Positions 1 through 9,960 of a stretch of DNA of 64,000 nucleotides are shown here, piece by piece. Positions within the stretch are counted from its first letter, which is position 1. The number at the start of each line of letters is the position of its first letter. The position numbers and the translations under genes are program-made. The notes under the pieces are model-generated. The model made no database searches. It saw nothing but the letters and a program-made list of their open reading frames with translations, and was not told the origin of the DNA. This stretch comes from Candidatus Avisuccinivibrio stercorigallinarum. Its GTDB lineage: Bacteria > Pseudomonadota > Gammaproteobacteria > Enterobacterales > Succinivibrionaceae. The DNA lies in assembly GCA_017694225.1 (NCBI GenBank), contig JADINH010000174.1, positions 8,807 to 72,806 on the forward strand. The letters are read 5' to 3'.

Positions 1-1
1 G

Positions 2-112
2 CTTTGTGCCGCCCTGCAGCGCTATCTCTTTACCCTGCCTAATCTCGCGCAGAGCCTTGCGGACTTTGCGGCCCAGAAACAAGCGGAAATCCGCCGCGAA
101 AAAGAGCTCTGA
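2..112 (+). CDS. 3' end of an unidentified CDS running in from upstream (possibly the EF-P arginine rhamnosyltransferase EarP; not verified)
   Basis: Frame 2 is open from the window edge to TGA at 110-112 (...LAQSLADFAAQKQAEIRREKEL*). It lies directly upstream of an Arg32-type efp on the same strand. The product guess rests on synteny only. Confidence 0.3.
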   Translation, partial: LCAALQRYLFTLPNLAQSLADFAAQKQAEIRREKEL

Positions 113-190
113 GCTGTTATAATATAGCGTTAACTAAAATTAAGGTACACGTCGCGTTGACGTGATGTATTTAAGTTAAGGTGAACATTA

Positions 191-754
191 ATGAAATTAG
201 CCCAAGAAATTCGTGCCGGTAATGTGATCATGGTAAACGGCAATCCTATGGTGGTGCAGAAGACTGAGTACAACAAGTCCGGCCGTAATGCTGCTGTGGT
301 TAAGATGAAGCTCAAGAGCCTGCTCTCTGAGGCCGGCACTGAGACCGTGTTCCGTGCAGACGATCGTCTTGACGATGTGATCTTAGAGCACAAGGACTGC
401 ACCTACTCTTATTTCAATGATCCGCTCTATGTATTCATGGACGAAGAGTTCAATCAGTATGACGTAGAGAAGGACAATTTAGGTGACGTTTTAAATTACC
501 TCGTTGACGGCATGGAAGATGTCTGCCAGGTTACCTTCTACAACGGCAAGGCCATTTCTGTAGAGCTGCCGATCACCATCGTGCGTGAGGTTGAGTACAC
601 CGAGCCTGCAGTGCGCGGCGACACCTCCGGCAAGGTTACCAAGCCTGCCCGTCTGGCCGGCACCGGCTTTGAGATTCAGGTTCCTGACTTCGTGAACATC
701 GGCGACCGCATCGAAATCGATACCCGCACCAACGAGTTCAAGAAGCGCGTCTAA
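191..754 (+). CDS. efp: Elongation factor P, Arg32 (EarP-rhamnosylated) subtype
   Basis: The 187-aa product aligns end to end with my recollection of Pseudomonas-type EF-P. The loop is [15 protein letters not shown], with Arg32 where E. coli has Lys34. [13 protein letters not shown] is also conserved. Confidence 0.95.
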   Translation: MKLAQEIRAGNVIMVNGNPMVVQKTEYNKSGRNAAVVKMKLKSLLSEAGTETVFRADDRLDDVILEHKDCTYSYFNDPLYVFMDEEFNQYDVEKDNLGDVLNYLVDGMEDVCQVTFYNGKAISVELPITIVREVEYTEPAVRGDTSGKVTKPARLAGTGFEIQVPDFVNIGDRIEIDTRTNEFKKRV

Positions 755-788
755 ACAGAATCTAATATCTAATCAAGATCATATTAAT

Positions 789-817
789 GGCCCCAGCACT
801 TTGCCGGGGCTTTTTTG
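789..817 (+). terminator. Rho-independent terminator after efp
   Basis: GGCCCCAGCACTTTGCCGGGGC hairpin followed by TTTTTT. Confidence 0.7.
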
Positions 818-837
818 TGTGCTCTGCCTTAAGCTCT

Positions 838-2589
838 TTAGTCTGCCAGAGCTGCGCGGGCAAATTGCCGGCTTACGCTGGAGTACACCAGTGCAAGGCG
901 CAGCCTGTCCGGGTATTGGCAGAGGGGCTCACTGTACTGCCTGCTCTTTAGCTGCTCCAGGGCCTGCTGCAAAGACTGGTTCAAATCTTCCTCCCGGTCA
1001 CTGCTGCTGCATCTAAATTCTAAAATCAGCGATTTTTGCAGGCTCCGGCTGTCTGCTCTAAGAGCCGGGCTCCCGCTGAGCTGATGTTCATTGACCCTGA
1101 CGCTAAAGCCGCAGCTTAGGATAAAGAAGCCTGTAAGGGCGGTAATTATGCTCTCCCCGGTGAGCTCTATAGGTTTGTAATCTACCGGCTGCAGCAGCTC
1201 TGTCAGCAGGCAGCAGATTTGATCGAGGTCTGCTGCCTGCACGGCTTTGATAAAACCCAGCTGGTAATAAGCAAAAGAGAAGCGCCATCCATTGTCCGAA
1301 AAAATTGCTCTGGCCATGAGTTTGGGCAGTGAGGCCGCTGCTTCTTTGTTGGGCATACACAAAGGAAAGATGCCGGTGCTGCTCTCTTGAGCCAGGCCGA
1401 TGCCGGCCTTAAAAGTTAAATAGCCGGTTTGGAATAACAGGACATAGACATTTATCCTGTCCAGGGTCGAGGGATCATTAAAGTCGCTCCTGCTCACGTC
1501 AAGAGCTTCGTTTGCCGTTAGTGCTCTAAGCGCAGTCAGCAGATTTTCTTTTAACAGCTTTTTGCGCATCAGCTCATTAAAATCACCCCAGGTCTCGTTC
1601 CAATAGGTAGTCAATGAGTATCGCGGATTGTTAAAAAAGGAGAGCACTGACCAGGTAGAAAGTACCGCTGACGCTGCATCTTCTGCAAAATAGAAGCCGC
1701 CGTACCACTGCGTCATTTCGGCTGCCAGCTTGTCTGTATCTGCAGTGCTGATCTGAGCCTTGGTTGTGTTATTTCTGACTGCGGCGGCATAGCGCAGGTG
1801 GGCTGCAAAGTGCGTTTTCAAGTCTTCTGTGCTATAGCCGCAGATGTCAGCAAACAGCGGATTTTGTGAAATGTCGCGGATAAAATTTCCTTCGCGGAAT
1901 AAAGGTGTGGCTCTGAAGCCCAACACTCCTGTGATAAAAATAAATCTGAATTTTTCTGAATAACTTTTTATTATGGCATAAAAATTCTGCATCACTGCAA
2001 GGAAGGCTTTAATCTCCTCCGTTGATCTGGCATAGATCAGCGGGGCATCGTATTCGTCTATTAACAGCACCAGGCTGCTATATTCTGCTTTTTGCAAAAA
2101 GTCTTTAATCATCCAGGTAAAATTATTTTTATATTCAGGTTTAATCTGAATGTTCAGCCTTTCTGCCAGCGCGCCAATCCTGAGCATTAAATCGTTTTCC
2201 CATTGATTGGCTGTGTGAATGGTATGGCAGGCGGAAAAATCCCAATGTACGACCTGACAGGCACCCGGCTTCTCCTGCCACTGTCCGTCGATGGCCAGGC
2301 CCTTAAAATAGGATGCGTGGCCGTCATAGGGCTGTGTGCCGTGCTCAAATAATTCCTGCAGGGTGTTTACCAAAGTAGACTTGCCAAAGCGGCGGGGGCG
2401 GGAGAGAAAATAGCAGCCGCCGGTGACGCTGGCCAAAGCAAAAACTTGGTCAGTTTTATCGACGTAAATCTTGTTGGTCATTCTCAGGAACGCAAAGCTT
2501 GCGCCTGTCGGCAGAGTATTTATTAAGTCAGTAAATTCTGTATCATCCGCCATGTCGATGCCTCTCGTGAGCTTTCCCGTCAGTTCCAT
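838..2589 (-). CDS. AAA-ATPase-like (PF09820-type) protein with a C-terminal PD-(D/E)XK-like (PDDEXK_9-type) region
   Basis: N-terminal signature YVDKTD...FLSRPRRFGKSTLVNTL. The central YWNETWG-type segment and the C-terminal ...RAD...LILEFR... block resemble the DUF1703 nuclease module. A better SD (GAGAGG) precedes the internal Met at 2553, so the true start may be there. Confidence 0.8.
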   Translation of the reverse strand: MELTGKLTRGIDMADDTEFTDLINTLPTGASFAFLRMTNKIYVDKTDQVFALASVTGGCYFLSRPRRFGKSTLVNTLQELFEHGTQPYDGHASYFKGLAIDGQWQEKPGACQVVHWDFSACHTIHTANQWENDLMLRIGALAERLNIQIKPEYKNNFTWMIKDFLQKAEYSSLVLLIDEYDAPLIYARSTEEIKAFLAVMQNFYAIIKSYSEKFRFIFITGVLGFRATPLFREGNFIRDISQNPLFADICGYSTEDLKTHFAAHLRYAAAVRNNTTKAQISTADTDKLAAEMTQWYGGFYFAEDAASAVLSTWSVLSFFNNPRYSLTTYWNETWGDFNELMRKKLLKENLLTALRALTANEALDVSRSDFNDPSTLDRINVYVLLFQTGYLTFKAGIGLAQESSTGIFPLCMPNKEAAASLPKLMARAIFSDNGWRFSFAYYQLGFIKAVQAADLDQICCLLTELLQPVDYKPIELTGESIITALTGFFILSCGFSVRVNEHQLSGSPALRADSRSLQKSLILEFRCSSSDREEDLNQSLQQALEQLKSRQYSEPLCQYPDRLRLALVYSSVSRQFARAALAD

Positions 2590-3107
2590 CTTACTATAAA
2601 TGTCTCTCTAAATGGACTGCACAGTGATGGGCGGCTGTGTGCCGCCTGAGGCCAGGTCAGCACTTATACCGCCCGCGCTCTGCGCACCGCACCACGGACA
2701 CTGCGGACAGTCCGGATTTTGGCAGCGGTAAAAAGTTCGCAACTGCAGATATGCCGCGCCTGGATCTAAAATTGAACAATCCTGCCGGGTTTTGTGCTAT
2801 GGACACCCTTCTGATGCGCTTAAAGCGCATAAATACCGCTTAAACCATAAGGTCTGCACCAAAACCTGATCTGCTTTTTCTCCCGTCAAACAAAACTAAG
2901 GGGCGCATTGTTAACTCAAATTTGTGCGGCCGCGGTTCACAACAAGCTCATTTTGGTTCGCGTATGTGAACTATCCGACGCTGCGGATAAGAATTGCAAG
3001 GGAGCTCAACAAATTGAAAGGAAGTCTGAGATTGTTGACAGATCATGCGCTGCAGGGTGTTAGATTGAAGCCATCAAGAAAGTTCAATTATTACGGGGTT
3101 CGCATAC

Positions 3108-3947
3108 ATGAACGACTTTTTTAACTACTTCGCACAGCCGGAAGATGACAGCAGCAACGCTTCGGCCAAAAGTCAGAAGCTGGTAAAGTCTGTCTCCCGT
3201 ACCATTGATTTGTTAATTCTGTTTGCAGATACCAGGCGCTATCTCACCCTGCAGGACATCTGCGACATGATGGATCTGCCCAAGTCCTCAGCCTTTGACC
3301 TGGTTAACACAATGGTGGCCAAGGGCATGCTGGAGATGAAGGACAAGAGCCGCAAAACCTACGGCCTGTCCCTGCTGGCCTTTAACATCGGCTCTGCAGC
3401 AGTGGCTGATCTTGGCGTGATAGATGTTGCCCGGCCTTATCTGCAGGCTTTAAACCGCGAGACAGGCGGCACGGTGTTCCTCGGTGTAGAGAACCGCGGC
3501 AAGATTTTGTACATCGACCGCGCTGAGGATCTGTCCTTAGTCAAAGCTGACGCCAAGGTGGGCTCCAGCCGCGATCTGCATTCCACTTCCCTGGGCAAAG
3601 CCATGCTCTATGCCTACACCGATGATCAGATTTTAAAGATCTTAGGCCCGGAGCCTTATCCGGCCAATACCCCGCTGACCAAGACCACCGCTCTGGCCGT
3701 GCTGCAGGATGCCCGCCAGTCCCGGGAGCGCGGTTATGCCATTGATGACCGCGAGGACGGCCCGTATATGTACTGCGTGGGCTCCGTGCTGCGCAATCAC
3801 CGCAATGAGCCGGTGGCTTCAATTTCGGTCTCCAGCCACATCAACATGCTCACCGATCAGAAGAAGAGTTTTGTCGCTGCCAAGGTCAAGGACGCCGCTC
3901 TGATGATTTCACGGCAGCTCGGGTTTCACGGTCAGGTGCTGTATTAA
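3108..3947 (+). CDS. IclR-family transcriptional regulator
   Basis: N-terminal wHTH (SRTIDLLILFADTRRYLTLQDICDMMDLPKSSAFDLVNTMV) and a C-terminal IclR effector-domain pattern. It sits at the head of a catabolic cluster. Confidence 0.85.
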   Translation: MNDFFNYFAQPEDDSSNASAKSQKLVKSVSRTIDLLILFADTRRYLTLQDICDMMDLPKSSAFDLVNTMVAKGMLEMKDKSRKTYGLSLLAFNIGSAAVADLGVIDVARPYLQALNRETGGTVFLGVENRGKILYIDRAEDLSLVKADAKVGSSRDLHSTSLGKAMLYAYTDDQILKILGPEPYPANTPLTKTTALAVLQDARQSRERGYAIDDREDGPYMYCVGSVLRNHRNEPVASISVSSHINMLTDQKKSFVAAKVKDAALMISRQLGFHGQVLY

Positions 3948-3998
3948 GCACAGAAAAGACAGGTTTTTAACTAATAGGCCAAAACTTAAGGAAAGGAG

Positions 3999-4502
3999 AT
4001 GTCTATGACAAATATAATGCGCAGCGTCGACACGGCAATCCATTGGATTGAGGATGTCGTCTCTGCATTTTCTCTTGCCGCGATTGTGGCGATCGCCGCG
4101 GCCAATACGGTCGACCGCTACATTTTCGCATCAGGCTTTTTGTGGGCCGATGAGGTCAATCAGGCTCTGCTCGTGGCCATGGCCATGTTCGGCAGCGCCA
4201 GAGCCTTCCGCACCGGCGGCCACATTGAGTTCTCAACGGTCAGCAACCTGCCCAAATCTCACGCCGTGCGCATGGGACTGCGTGCATTCATCCTCCTGCT
4301 GACCGTGATCTTTTTGGTGTTCCTGTTCATCATCTGTGCGCAGTACACCTCACGCGGCACGATTTTAAGCACCGTGCTTAAGGTTCCCAGAATGTATTAC
4401 TACGTATCCATGCCCATAGGCTTCGGCCTGTGCATCTATGAACTTGTGCGTATGGCCAAGCACAAGATTGTGGATGATCCGGTGCAGGACGGCAATCAAT
4501 AG
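3999..4502 (+). CDS. TRAP transporter small permease (DctQ-like)
   Basis: 167-aa protein with four hydrophobic segments, immediately upstream of a DctM-like large permease. Confidence 0.8.
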   Translation: MSMTNIMRSVDTAIHWIEDVVSAFSLAAIVAIAAANTVDRYIFASGFLWADEVNQALLVAMAMFGSARAFRTGGHIEFSTVSNLPKSHAVRMGLRAFILLLTVIFLVFLFIICAQYTSRGTILSTVLKVPRMYYYVSMPIGFGLCIYELVRMAKHKIVDDPVQDGNQ

Positions 4503-4513
4503 GAGGACGCAAC

Positions 4514-5824
4514 ATGGAAGTTATTATTGCACTGCTCATTGTACTGACCTTTGTGATCATTATTGCCGGTGTGCCTATTTTCGTCAGCCTGCTGCTGACC
4601 GGCGTACTGAGCCTTGCGGTGCTTTCCAGCAGCACCGGCACCCCGATGGCTACGGTGGCCGTCTCCCAGGCTATCTATAACGGCATGGGCAATCTGCCGC
4701 TTCTGGCCATCCCGTTCTTCATGCTTGCAGGCGAGATCATGAACCGCGGCGGCATTACTGAGAAGTTAATCCGCTTTGCCCTGCTGCTCATTGGCAGACT
4801 GCCCGGCAGCCTGGCCCACGCCAGCATCGTGTCCAGCATGTTCTTTGGCGGCATTACCGGTTCTGCACAGGCCAGCGCCTCCTGCATCGGCGGCATCTTA
4901 ATCCCGTCCATGAAGAAGGAAGGCTACTCGGTAAGAGAGGCTGCCGGTGTGATTTCAGCCTCTGCTGTGTGCGGTCCTATCATTCCGCCGAGCATCATCA
5001 TGGTGGTGTATGCCACTGCTGTGGGTGCTTCCGTGGGCTCCATGTTCATGGGCGGCATTATCCCGGGTCTGATGCTGGGCCTTGTGCTGATGTTTGTGGT
5101 GTTCCTGCGCAACCGCGTGCATGCCTTCCCGCGCAGAACTGACAAGCCGACCTCTCAGGAAGTCAAAAAGACTTTAATTGATGCAATTATTCCGCTGGGT
5201 ATGCCGGTGATTGTGGTGGGCGGCATCATGGGAGGTGTATGTACACCGACTGAGGCCGGCGCCATCTCCGTGGTCTACAGCTTAATCGTCAGCCTGTTTG
5301 TCATCCGCACACTGCAGATGAAGGATCTGTGGGGCATTCTGCTCAATGCCGTGAACAGCGCCGCTCCGCTGCTGCTCATCATCGCCTGCGCCAGAGTGTT
5401 CAGCTACGGCCTGACTGCCCTGCAGATGCCGGTGATGGTCAACGACCTGATCCTCTCCATTACCGAGAACAAGTGGGTGTTCCTGCTGCTGGTCAACATC
5501 CTGCTCCTTATCATGGGCATGTTCATGGACGGCGGTGCTGCCGTGATCATTCTCGCCCCGATCTTAGCCCCGGTGGCTATGGCCATGGATATCAGCCTGG
5601 TGCACTTCGGCCTCGTGATGTGCCTGAACCTGACCATGGGCTGCATTACCCCGCCGCTTGGCTACTGCCTCTTTATTACGGGCAAGATAGGCAAGATCTC
5701 CATTGAGGACACCGTGCGCGGCACCATCCCTTACCTCATCGGTGAAATGTTTGTGCTGCTGGCCATCACCTACATCCCGGCCCTGGTTACCTGGGTGCCT
5801 GAAATCCTGGGCTACAGAATTTAG
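4514..5824 (+). CDS. TRAP transporter large permease (DctM-like)
   Basis: 436-aa polytopic membrane protein with typical DctM segments (LAIPFFMLAGEIMNRGGIT, GGITGSAQA). Confidence 0.9.
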   Translation: MEVIIALLIVLTFVIIIAGVPIFVSLLLTGVLSLAVLSSSTGTPMATVAVSQAIYNGMGNLPLLAIPFFMLAGEIMNRGGITEKLIRFALLLIGRLPGSLAHASIVSSMFFGGITGSAQASASCIGGILIPSMKKEGYSVREAAGVISASAVCGPIIPPSIIMVVYATAVGASVGSMFMGGIIPGLMLGLVLMFVVFLRNRVHAFPRRTDKPTSQEVKKTLIDAIIPLGMPVIVVGGIMGGVCTPTEAGAISVVYSLIVSLFVIRTLQMKDLWGILLNAVNSAAPLLLIIACARVFSYGLTALQMPVMVNDLILSITENKWVFLLLVNILLLIMGMFMDGGAAVIILAPILAPVAMAMDISLVHFGLVMCLNLTMGCITPPLGYCLFITGKIGKISIEDTVRGTIPYLIGEMFVLLAITYIPALVTWVPEILGYRI

Positions 5825-5845
5825 TCTCAGGCGGAGGATGTGAAG

Positions 5846-6883
5846 ATGAGAAGAGTTGCATTAGTCGATTACGGCAAACTGGAGCTGCAGGACAACTGCA
5901 GCGCTGTGCAGGCCCTGCAGCCTGGCACCGTCAAGGTGGACGTCCATGCCTGCGCCATCTGCGGCAGTGATCTCGCCTTATACCGCGGCCAGCGCTCCTT
6001 AAAGGATGAGCGTTACTTCGGCCACGAGTTCTCCGGTGTGGTCACTGATGCCGGTGCGGGCGCGGGCGGCATTAAAAACGGCATGCGCGTGGGCAGTGAG
6101 TTAAGCCGCACCTGCGGCCGCTGCTGGAACTGCTTAAACGGCATGCAGAACTACTGCCGCAGCATGAACGATGCCCTGCTGCCGGGAGGTTTTTCAGAAG
6201 AGACCCTGGTGCTCAACACTGAGGATTACAGCTTCTTAAGCCCGATCCCCGATGAGCTTGACTTTGAAACTGCCGCGCTGCTTGAGCCCACCAACTGCGC
6301 TTACCGCATTGCCTCCAAGGCAGCGCTGGTGCCGGGCTCTTCGGTAGTGGTCTTCGGCCTCGGTGCCATGGGCCTTATCTCAGCCCTGATCTTAAAGAGC
6401 TTTGGGGCCGGCACCATCGTGGGCGTGGACAGAAGCAAAGAGCGCCTTGCCAAGGTGCAGTCCCTGGGCTTCATGGAAGTGGTGGACAGCAGTGATGACA
6501 AGTGGCTCGACAAGGTTCATGCCCTGACCTCACAGCACGGTGCCGATGTGGTGATTGAAGCCACCGGCGCGGTGCCGGTGCTCGGTTCTGCCTTTGAAGC
6601 GGTGCGTCCGGGCGGGCGCATTGTGGTGGGCTCGGTCTACCACGCTGATGCCGGCGCCTTAAAGCTCCTGCCCATCATGCGCAAGGAGATCACCATCGCC
6701 GGTGCCAAGGGCCCGTATCCGCAGCTGCTCTCTGACGGGACTTCAGCTCCGGTGCGGATTTTGACCAAACTGCAGCCTGAGCTTAAGGCTTTAGTTTCAG
6801 TTTATGACTACAAGGATGCACTGCAGGCCTTTGAGGATGCCCTCTCCGGCCGGGCTGTCAAAGCGGTGGTGCGTTTTAAGTAG
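5846..6883 (+). CDS. Zinc-dependent medium-chain alcohol/polyol dehydrogenase
   Basis: Catalytic-zinc motifs CAICGSD and GHEFSG; structural zinc cluster CGRCWNCLNGMQNYC; Rossmann motif GLGAMG. The ATG at 5846 follows GGAGG; the ORF track starts at GTG 5840. Confidence 0.85.
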   Translation: MRRVALVDYGKLELQDNCSAVQALQPGTVKVDVHACAICGSDLALYRGQRSLKDERYFGHEFSGVVTDAGAGAGGIKNGMRVGSELSRTCGRCWNCLNGMQNYCRSMNDALLPGGFSEETLVLNTEDYSFLSPIPDELDFETAALLEPTNCAYRIASKAALVPGSSVVVFGLGAMGLISALILKSFGAGTIVGVDRSKERLAKVQSLGFMEVVDSSDDKWLDKVHALTSQHGADVVIEATGAVPVLGSAFEAVRPGGRIVVGSVYHADAGALKLLPIMRKEITIAGAKGPYPQLLSDGTSAPVRILTKLQPELKALVSVYDYKDALQAFEDALSGRAVKAVVRFK

Positions 6884-6937
6884 CAGGTTTTTAACAGGTT
6901 TACAGATTTGTTTTGCAAAAACGTGGAGATTACTCTT

Positions 6938-7966
6938 ATGAAGAAGTTGATGACTGTTTTATGTGCTGGTATTGCCCTGGCCTGCCTGAGCGGCTGCTCT
7001 GACGATGAGAAAAACACTGCTGCAGGTTCTGCCGCCCAGCCTACCGTGGTGAAGTATTCAGTGGTGTTTGCCTCCAGCGGCACCCAGGCTGACGGCGCCA
7101 AGGCTTTGGGCGATCTCATTTCCCAGCATTCAAACGGCCGCCTGGAAATGCAGTTCTATCCTTCAGCACAGTTAGGCGACAAGGTTGCCACCTATGAGGG
7201 CCTGCAGAACGGCACCATCGAGATGACCGAATGCGCCGTGACCGATCTCTCCGCCTTCAATCCGATGTGGTCAGTGTTCTCGCTGCCTTATATCTGGGAA
7301 GACGGCGAGCAGGCAGTCAAGACCATGATGGATCCTGAGGTCTTTGCGATGTTAAGTGCCGATGCTGAGGCCAACGGCTTTAAGATTATTGCCTGGACTG
7401 ACCTTGGCAGCCGCAGCTTTGTGAACACCAAGCGCGCCATCAACACCCCGGCCGATCTGGACGGCCTGAAGATCCGCTGCATGGAAGATGCAGTGCTCGC
7501 TGAGGCCATCACCGCCATGGGCGCCATTGCCACTCCGCTGCCGTTCAGTGAGGTGTATACCGGCATGCAGCAGGGCACCATCGATGGCGCTGACTATCAG
7601 ATCCCGAATGTGCTGGCTGCTGCCTGGCAGGAAATCTGCCCGTATATGTCCCTGACCGAACACTTCACCATCCCTGACTTGGTGTTCGTCAGCAAGGTCT
7701 GGTTTGACGGCCTGAGCCCTGAAGATCAGAAAGCTCTGCTCGATGCCGGTGCTGCCTTCACTGAGAAGTGGAACAATGAGATTTGGCCCAACGCCATCGA
7801 CAAGTCCCGCGCCCAGCTGGAAAAGGACGGCATGCAGATAAACAGCGTGGACAAGACCCCGTTCATGGATGCAGTCAAGCCCGTGGTGGAGAACTTTATT
7901 GCCAACGCCACTGATGAGCAGAAGAAGCTCTATGAGCTGGTGCAGCAGGTAAAGCAGAAGTACTAA
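6938..7966 (+). CDS. TRAP transporter substrate-binding lipoprotein (DctP family)
   Basis: Lipobox LACLSGC after the signal peptide and a DctP-type fold pattern. The conserved carboxylate-binding Arg context LGSRSF is present. The ORF track opens at 6908; the ATG at 6938 is preceded by GGAGA. Confidence 0.85.
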   Translation: MKKLMTVLCAGIALACLSGCSDDEKNTAAGSAAQPTVVKYSVVFASSGTQADGAKALGDLISQHSNGRLEMQFYPSAQLGDKVATYEGLQNGTIEMTECAVTDLSAFNPMWSVFSLPYIWEDGEQAVKTMMDPEVFAMLSADAEANGFKIIAWTDLGSRSFVNTKRAINTPADLDGLKIRCMEDAVLAEAITAMGAIATPLPFSEVYTGMQQGTIDGADYQIPNVLAAAWQEICPYMSLTEHFTIPDLVFVSKVWFDGLSPEDQKALLDAGAAFTEKWNNEIWPNAIDKSRAQLEKDGMQINSVDKTPFMDAVKPVVENFIANATDEQKKLYELVQQVKQKY

Positions 7967-8083
7967 AGCTTAACCCTTAATTTAACCCTGGATTTTAACT
8001 GTTTTGTTCCTGCCTGCGGGCAGGCACAGGAAGACTTTACTTAAAAAGCGGCCGCAAGACCGGCCGCAGATTGGAGAAATATC

Positions 8084-8998
8084 ATGTACGACAAGAGAAT
8101 GTTTGGTGTTGTCATTCCGACGATCACCCCGATGAACGAAGATGGCACCGTGGACGTTGCCTCTTTGGAGCAGTACACCGAGTTCCTGGTAAATGCAGGC
8201 GTCAGCTGCCTTTACCCCAACGGCACCAACGGCGAGAGCCTGATGCTCACTGCAGCCGAGCGCAATCAGGTGGCTGAGGTGATGGCCAGGGTCAACAATC
8301 ACCGCCTGCCGCTGTTCATTCAGTGCGGCAGCATGACCACCGCCGAGACTGCAGCTCATGTGCGCCATGCTGTAGAAATCGGCGCTGACGGCGTGGGCGT
8401 CATGTCACCTGCCTTCTTCCCGATGGACGAGCAGGCTTTATTTGAGTACTACAAGGATGTGATTTCAGCCGCCCCCGCTGACTTCCCGGTTTATGTGTAC
8501 AACATTCCGGGCTGCACCACCAATGATGTCACCCCCAAGCTTTTAGGCCGTCTGCTTGAGACCTTCCCCAACGTGGCCGGCATCAAGTACAGCTGCCCGA
8601 ATTTAATGCGCGTTGAGGATTACTTAAACTGCGCCTCGCGCACTCCGGATCTGCTAATCGGCTGTGACAGCCTGTTCCTGCAGTGCCTGGTCACCGGCGG
8701 TGTCGGCACCGTAACCGGCCCGGGCGCAGTCTTCCACAAGGCCTTCAACCGCGTCTATGCCAAGTACAAGGCAGGCGATCTGGCCGGGGCTGAAAAGACC
8801 CAGCGCCAGATTGTAAAGCTTGACCGAGCCTTAGCCGGCATTCCGGGCATTCCGGCCTTAAAGACCATGTTAAAGCAGCGCGGCATCATCAAGACCGACG
8901 TCTGCCGCAAGCCGCTGCGCGCCCTGAGTGCAGATGAGTGCGCTGTAATTGCCAATGTTCTGGCAGCTTATGACGAGGAGGAGCAGAACAATGACTAA
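8084..8998 (+). CDS. DapA/NanA-family class I aldolase or dehydratase (Schiff-base lyase)
   Basis: Motifs GTNGES and YNIP; Schiff-base lysine context AGIKYS; C-terminal CRKPL as in N-acetylneuraminate lyase. Confidence 0.85.
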   Translation: MYDKRMFGVVIPTITPMNEDGTVDVASLEQYTEFLVNAGVSCLYPNGTNGESLMLTAAERNQVAEVMARVNNHRLPLFIQCGSMTTAETAAHVRHAVEIGADGVGVMSPAFFPMDEQALFEYYKDVISAAPADFPVYVYNIPGCTTNDVTPKLLGRLLETFPNVAGIKYSCPNLMRVEDYLNCASRTPDLLIGCDSLFLQCLVTGGVGTVTGPGAVFHKAFNRVYAKYKAGDLAGAEKTQRQIVKLDRALAGIPGIPALKTMLKQRGIIKTDVCRKPLRALSADECAVIANVLAAYDEEEQNND

Positions 8999-9941
8999 CG
9001 ATAAGAAGATCAGAATCGGCGTCATCGGCGTCGGTTATGTGTCCAAGAACAACTTCCTGCCGGTGCTGCCGCGCTTTGATGACGTGGAGTTTGTCGGTCT
9101 GATGTCCAAAGATATTGAGAACACCAGGCGCGCCCAGCGCCTGTGCGGTGCAGAGCATGCGGTCAGCACCTTGGGCGAGATGGTCGACTTGAACCTTGAC
9201 TGCGCCTTTGTGCTCACCCCCAAGGCCTGCCACGCCGAGCAGATTTCCTTCCTGCTTGAGCACGGCCTGGACGTCTACAGTGAAAAACCGATGGCCACCA
9301 CCCTTAAAGATGCCGCTCATATGGTGGAGCTTGCCGAAAAGACCGGACACAAGCTCATGATCGGCTTCAACCGCCGTTATGCTCCGGTGTGCCAGAAGGC
9401 CAAGGCAGTCTACAGCGAGAATCCGCCTGAGGTGATCATCGCCCAGAAGAACCGCCCGGCCACTGAGTACCGCGCCACCCTGGAGAACGCCATTCACATG
9501 GTTGATCTGATGCGCTATTACGGCGGTGAGGTCAAGGACGTCAAGGCTCTGTCCAAGTTCACCGATCCGTACTATGAGACCTTTACCACCGCCCAGCTGG
9601 AGTTTGAAAACGGGGCTTCAGGCATGCTGATTGCCGCGCGCTGCTCCGGGCAGTGGGAGGAGACCATTGAGCTGCACGGCTCCAACCGCTCAGCATTCAT
9701 CAAGATGCCTGACAGCGTCACCATCACCGACTCTGAAGAGCAGCACAAGACTGCCATGACCCCGCTGGCCATGGGCTGGGCCCGCTCTGAGGACAAGCTC
9801 GGCTTTTCCAATGCCATCCGCCACTTCCTTGACTGCGTGCGCGATAACAAGAAGCCGATGACCGATGCTGCTGATGCCTATAAGACTCACGAACTGCTCG
9901 ACCGCATTCTGCGCAGCGCCGGGCTTCCTGCAATGGATTAA
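8991..9941 (+). CDS. Gfo/Idh/MocA-family NAD(P) oxidoreductase
   Basis: Rossmann motif IRIGVIGVGYVS and the EKP motif (YSEKPMA). The ATG at 8991 overlaps the upstream stop (ATGACTAA), which suggests translational coupling. Confidence 0.85.
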   Translation: MTNDKKIRIGVIGVGYVSKNNFLPVLPRFDDVEFVGLMSKDIENTRRAQRLCGAEHAVSTLGEMVDLNLDCAFVLTPKACHAEQISFLLEHGLDVYSEKPMATTLKDAAHMVELAEKTGHKLMIGFNRRYAPVCQKAKAVYSENPPEVIIAQKNRPATEYRATLENAIHMVDLMRYYGGEVKDVKALSKFTDPYYETFTTAQLEFENGASGMLIAARCSGQWEETIELHGSNRSAFIKMPDSVTITDSEEQHKTAMTPLAMGWARSEDKLGFSNAIRHFLDCVRDNKKPMTDAADAYKTHELLDRILRSAGLPAMD

Positions 9942-9960
9942 GAGTAGAGGAGAGAGACTT

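Noticed and set aside
801-1360. ORFs at 801..1016 (+) and 1103..1360 (-) overlapping the 3' part of the 583-aa AAA-ATPase-like gene
   Set aside because: They are alternative-frame or antisense shadows of the well-supported long ORF. The first also starts inside the efp terminator.
8889-9497. 202-aa minus-strand ORF, and similar long shadow ORFs at 15172..15705, 34765..35301, 35713..36213, 48275..48805 and 60170..60529
   Set aside because: Each lies entirely within a well-supported gene (Gfo/Idh/MocA oxidoreductase, mnmE, istA, the methyltransferase/GGDEF genes, yihY), either antisense or in another frame of the same strand. Each has an Arg/Ala/Ser/Pro-rich composition characteristic of off-frame translation of GC-rich coding DNA.
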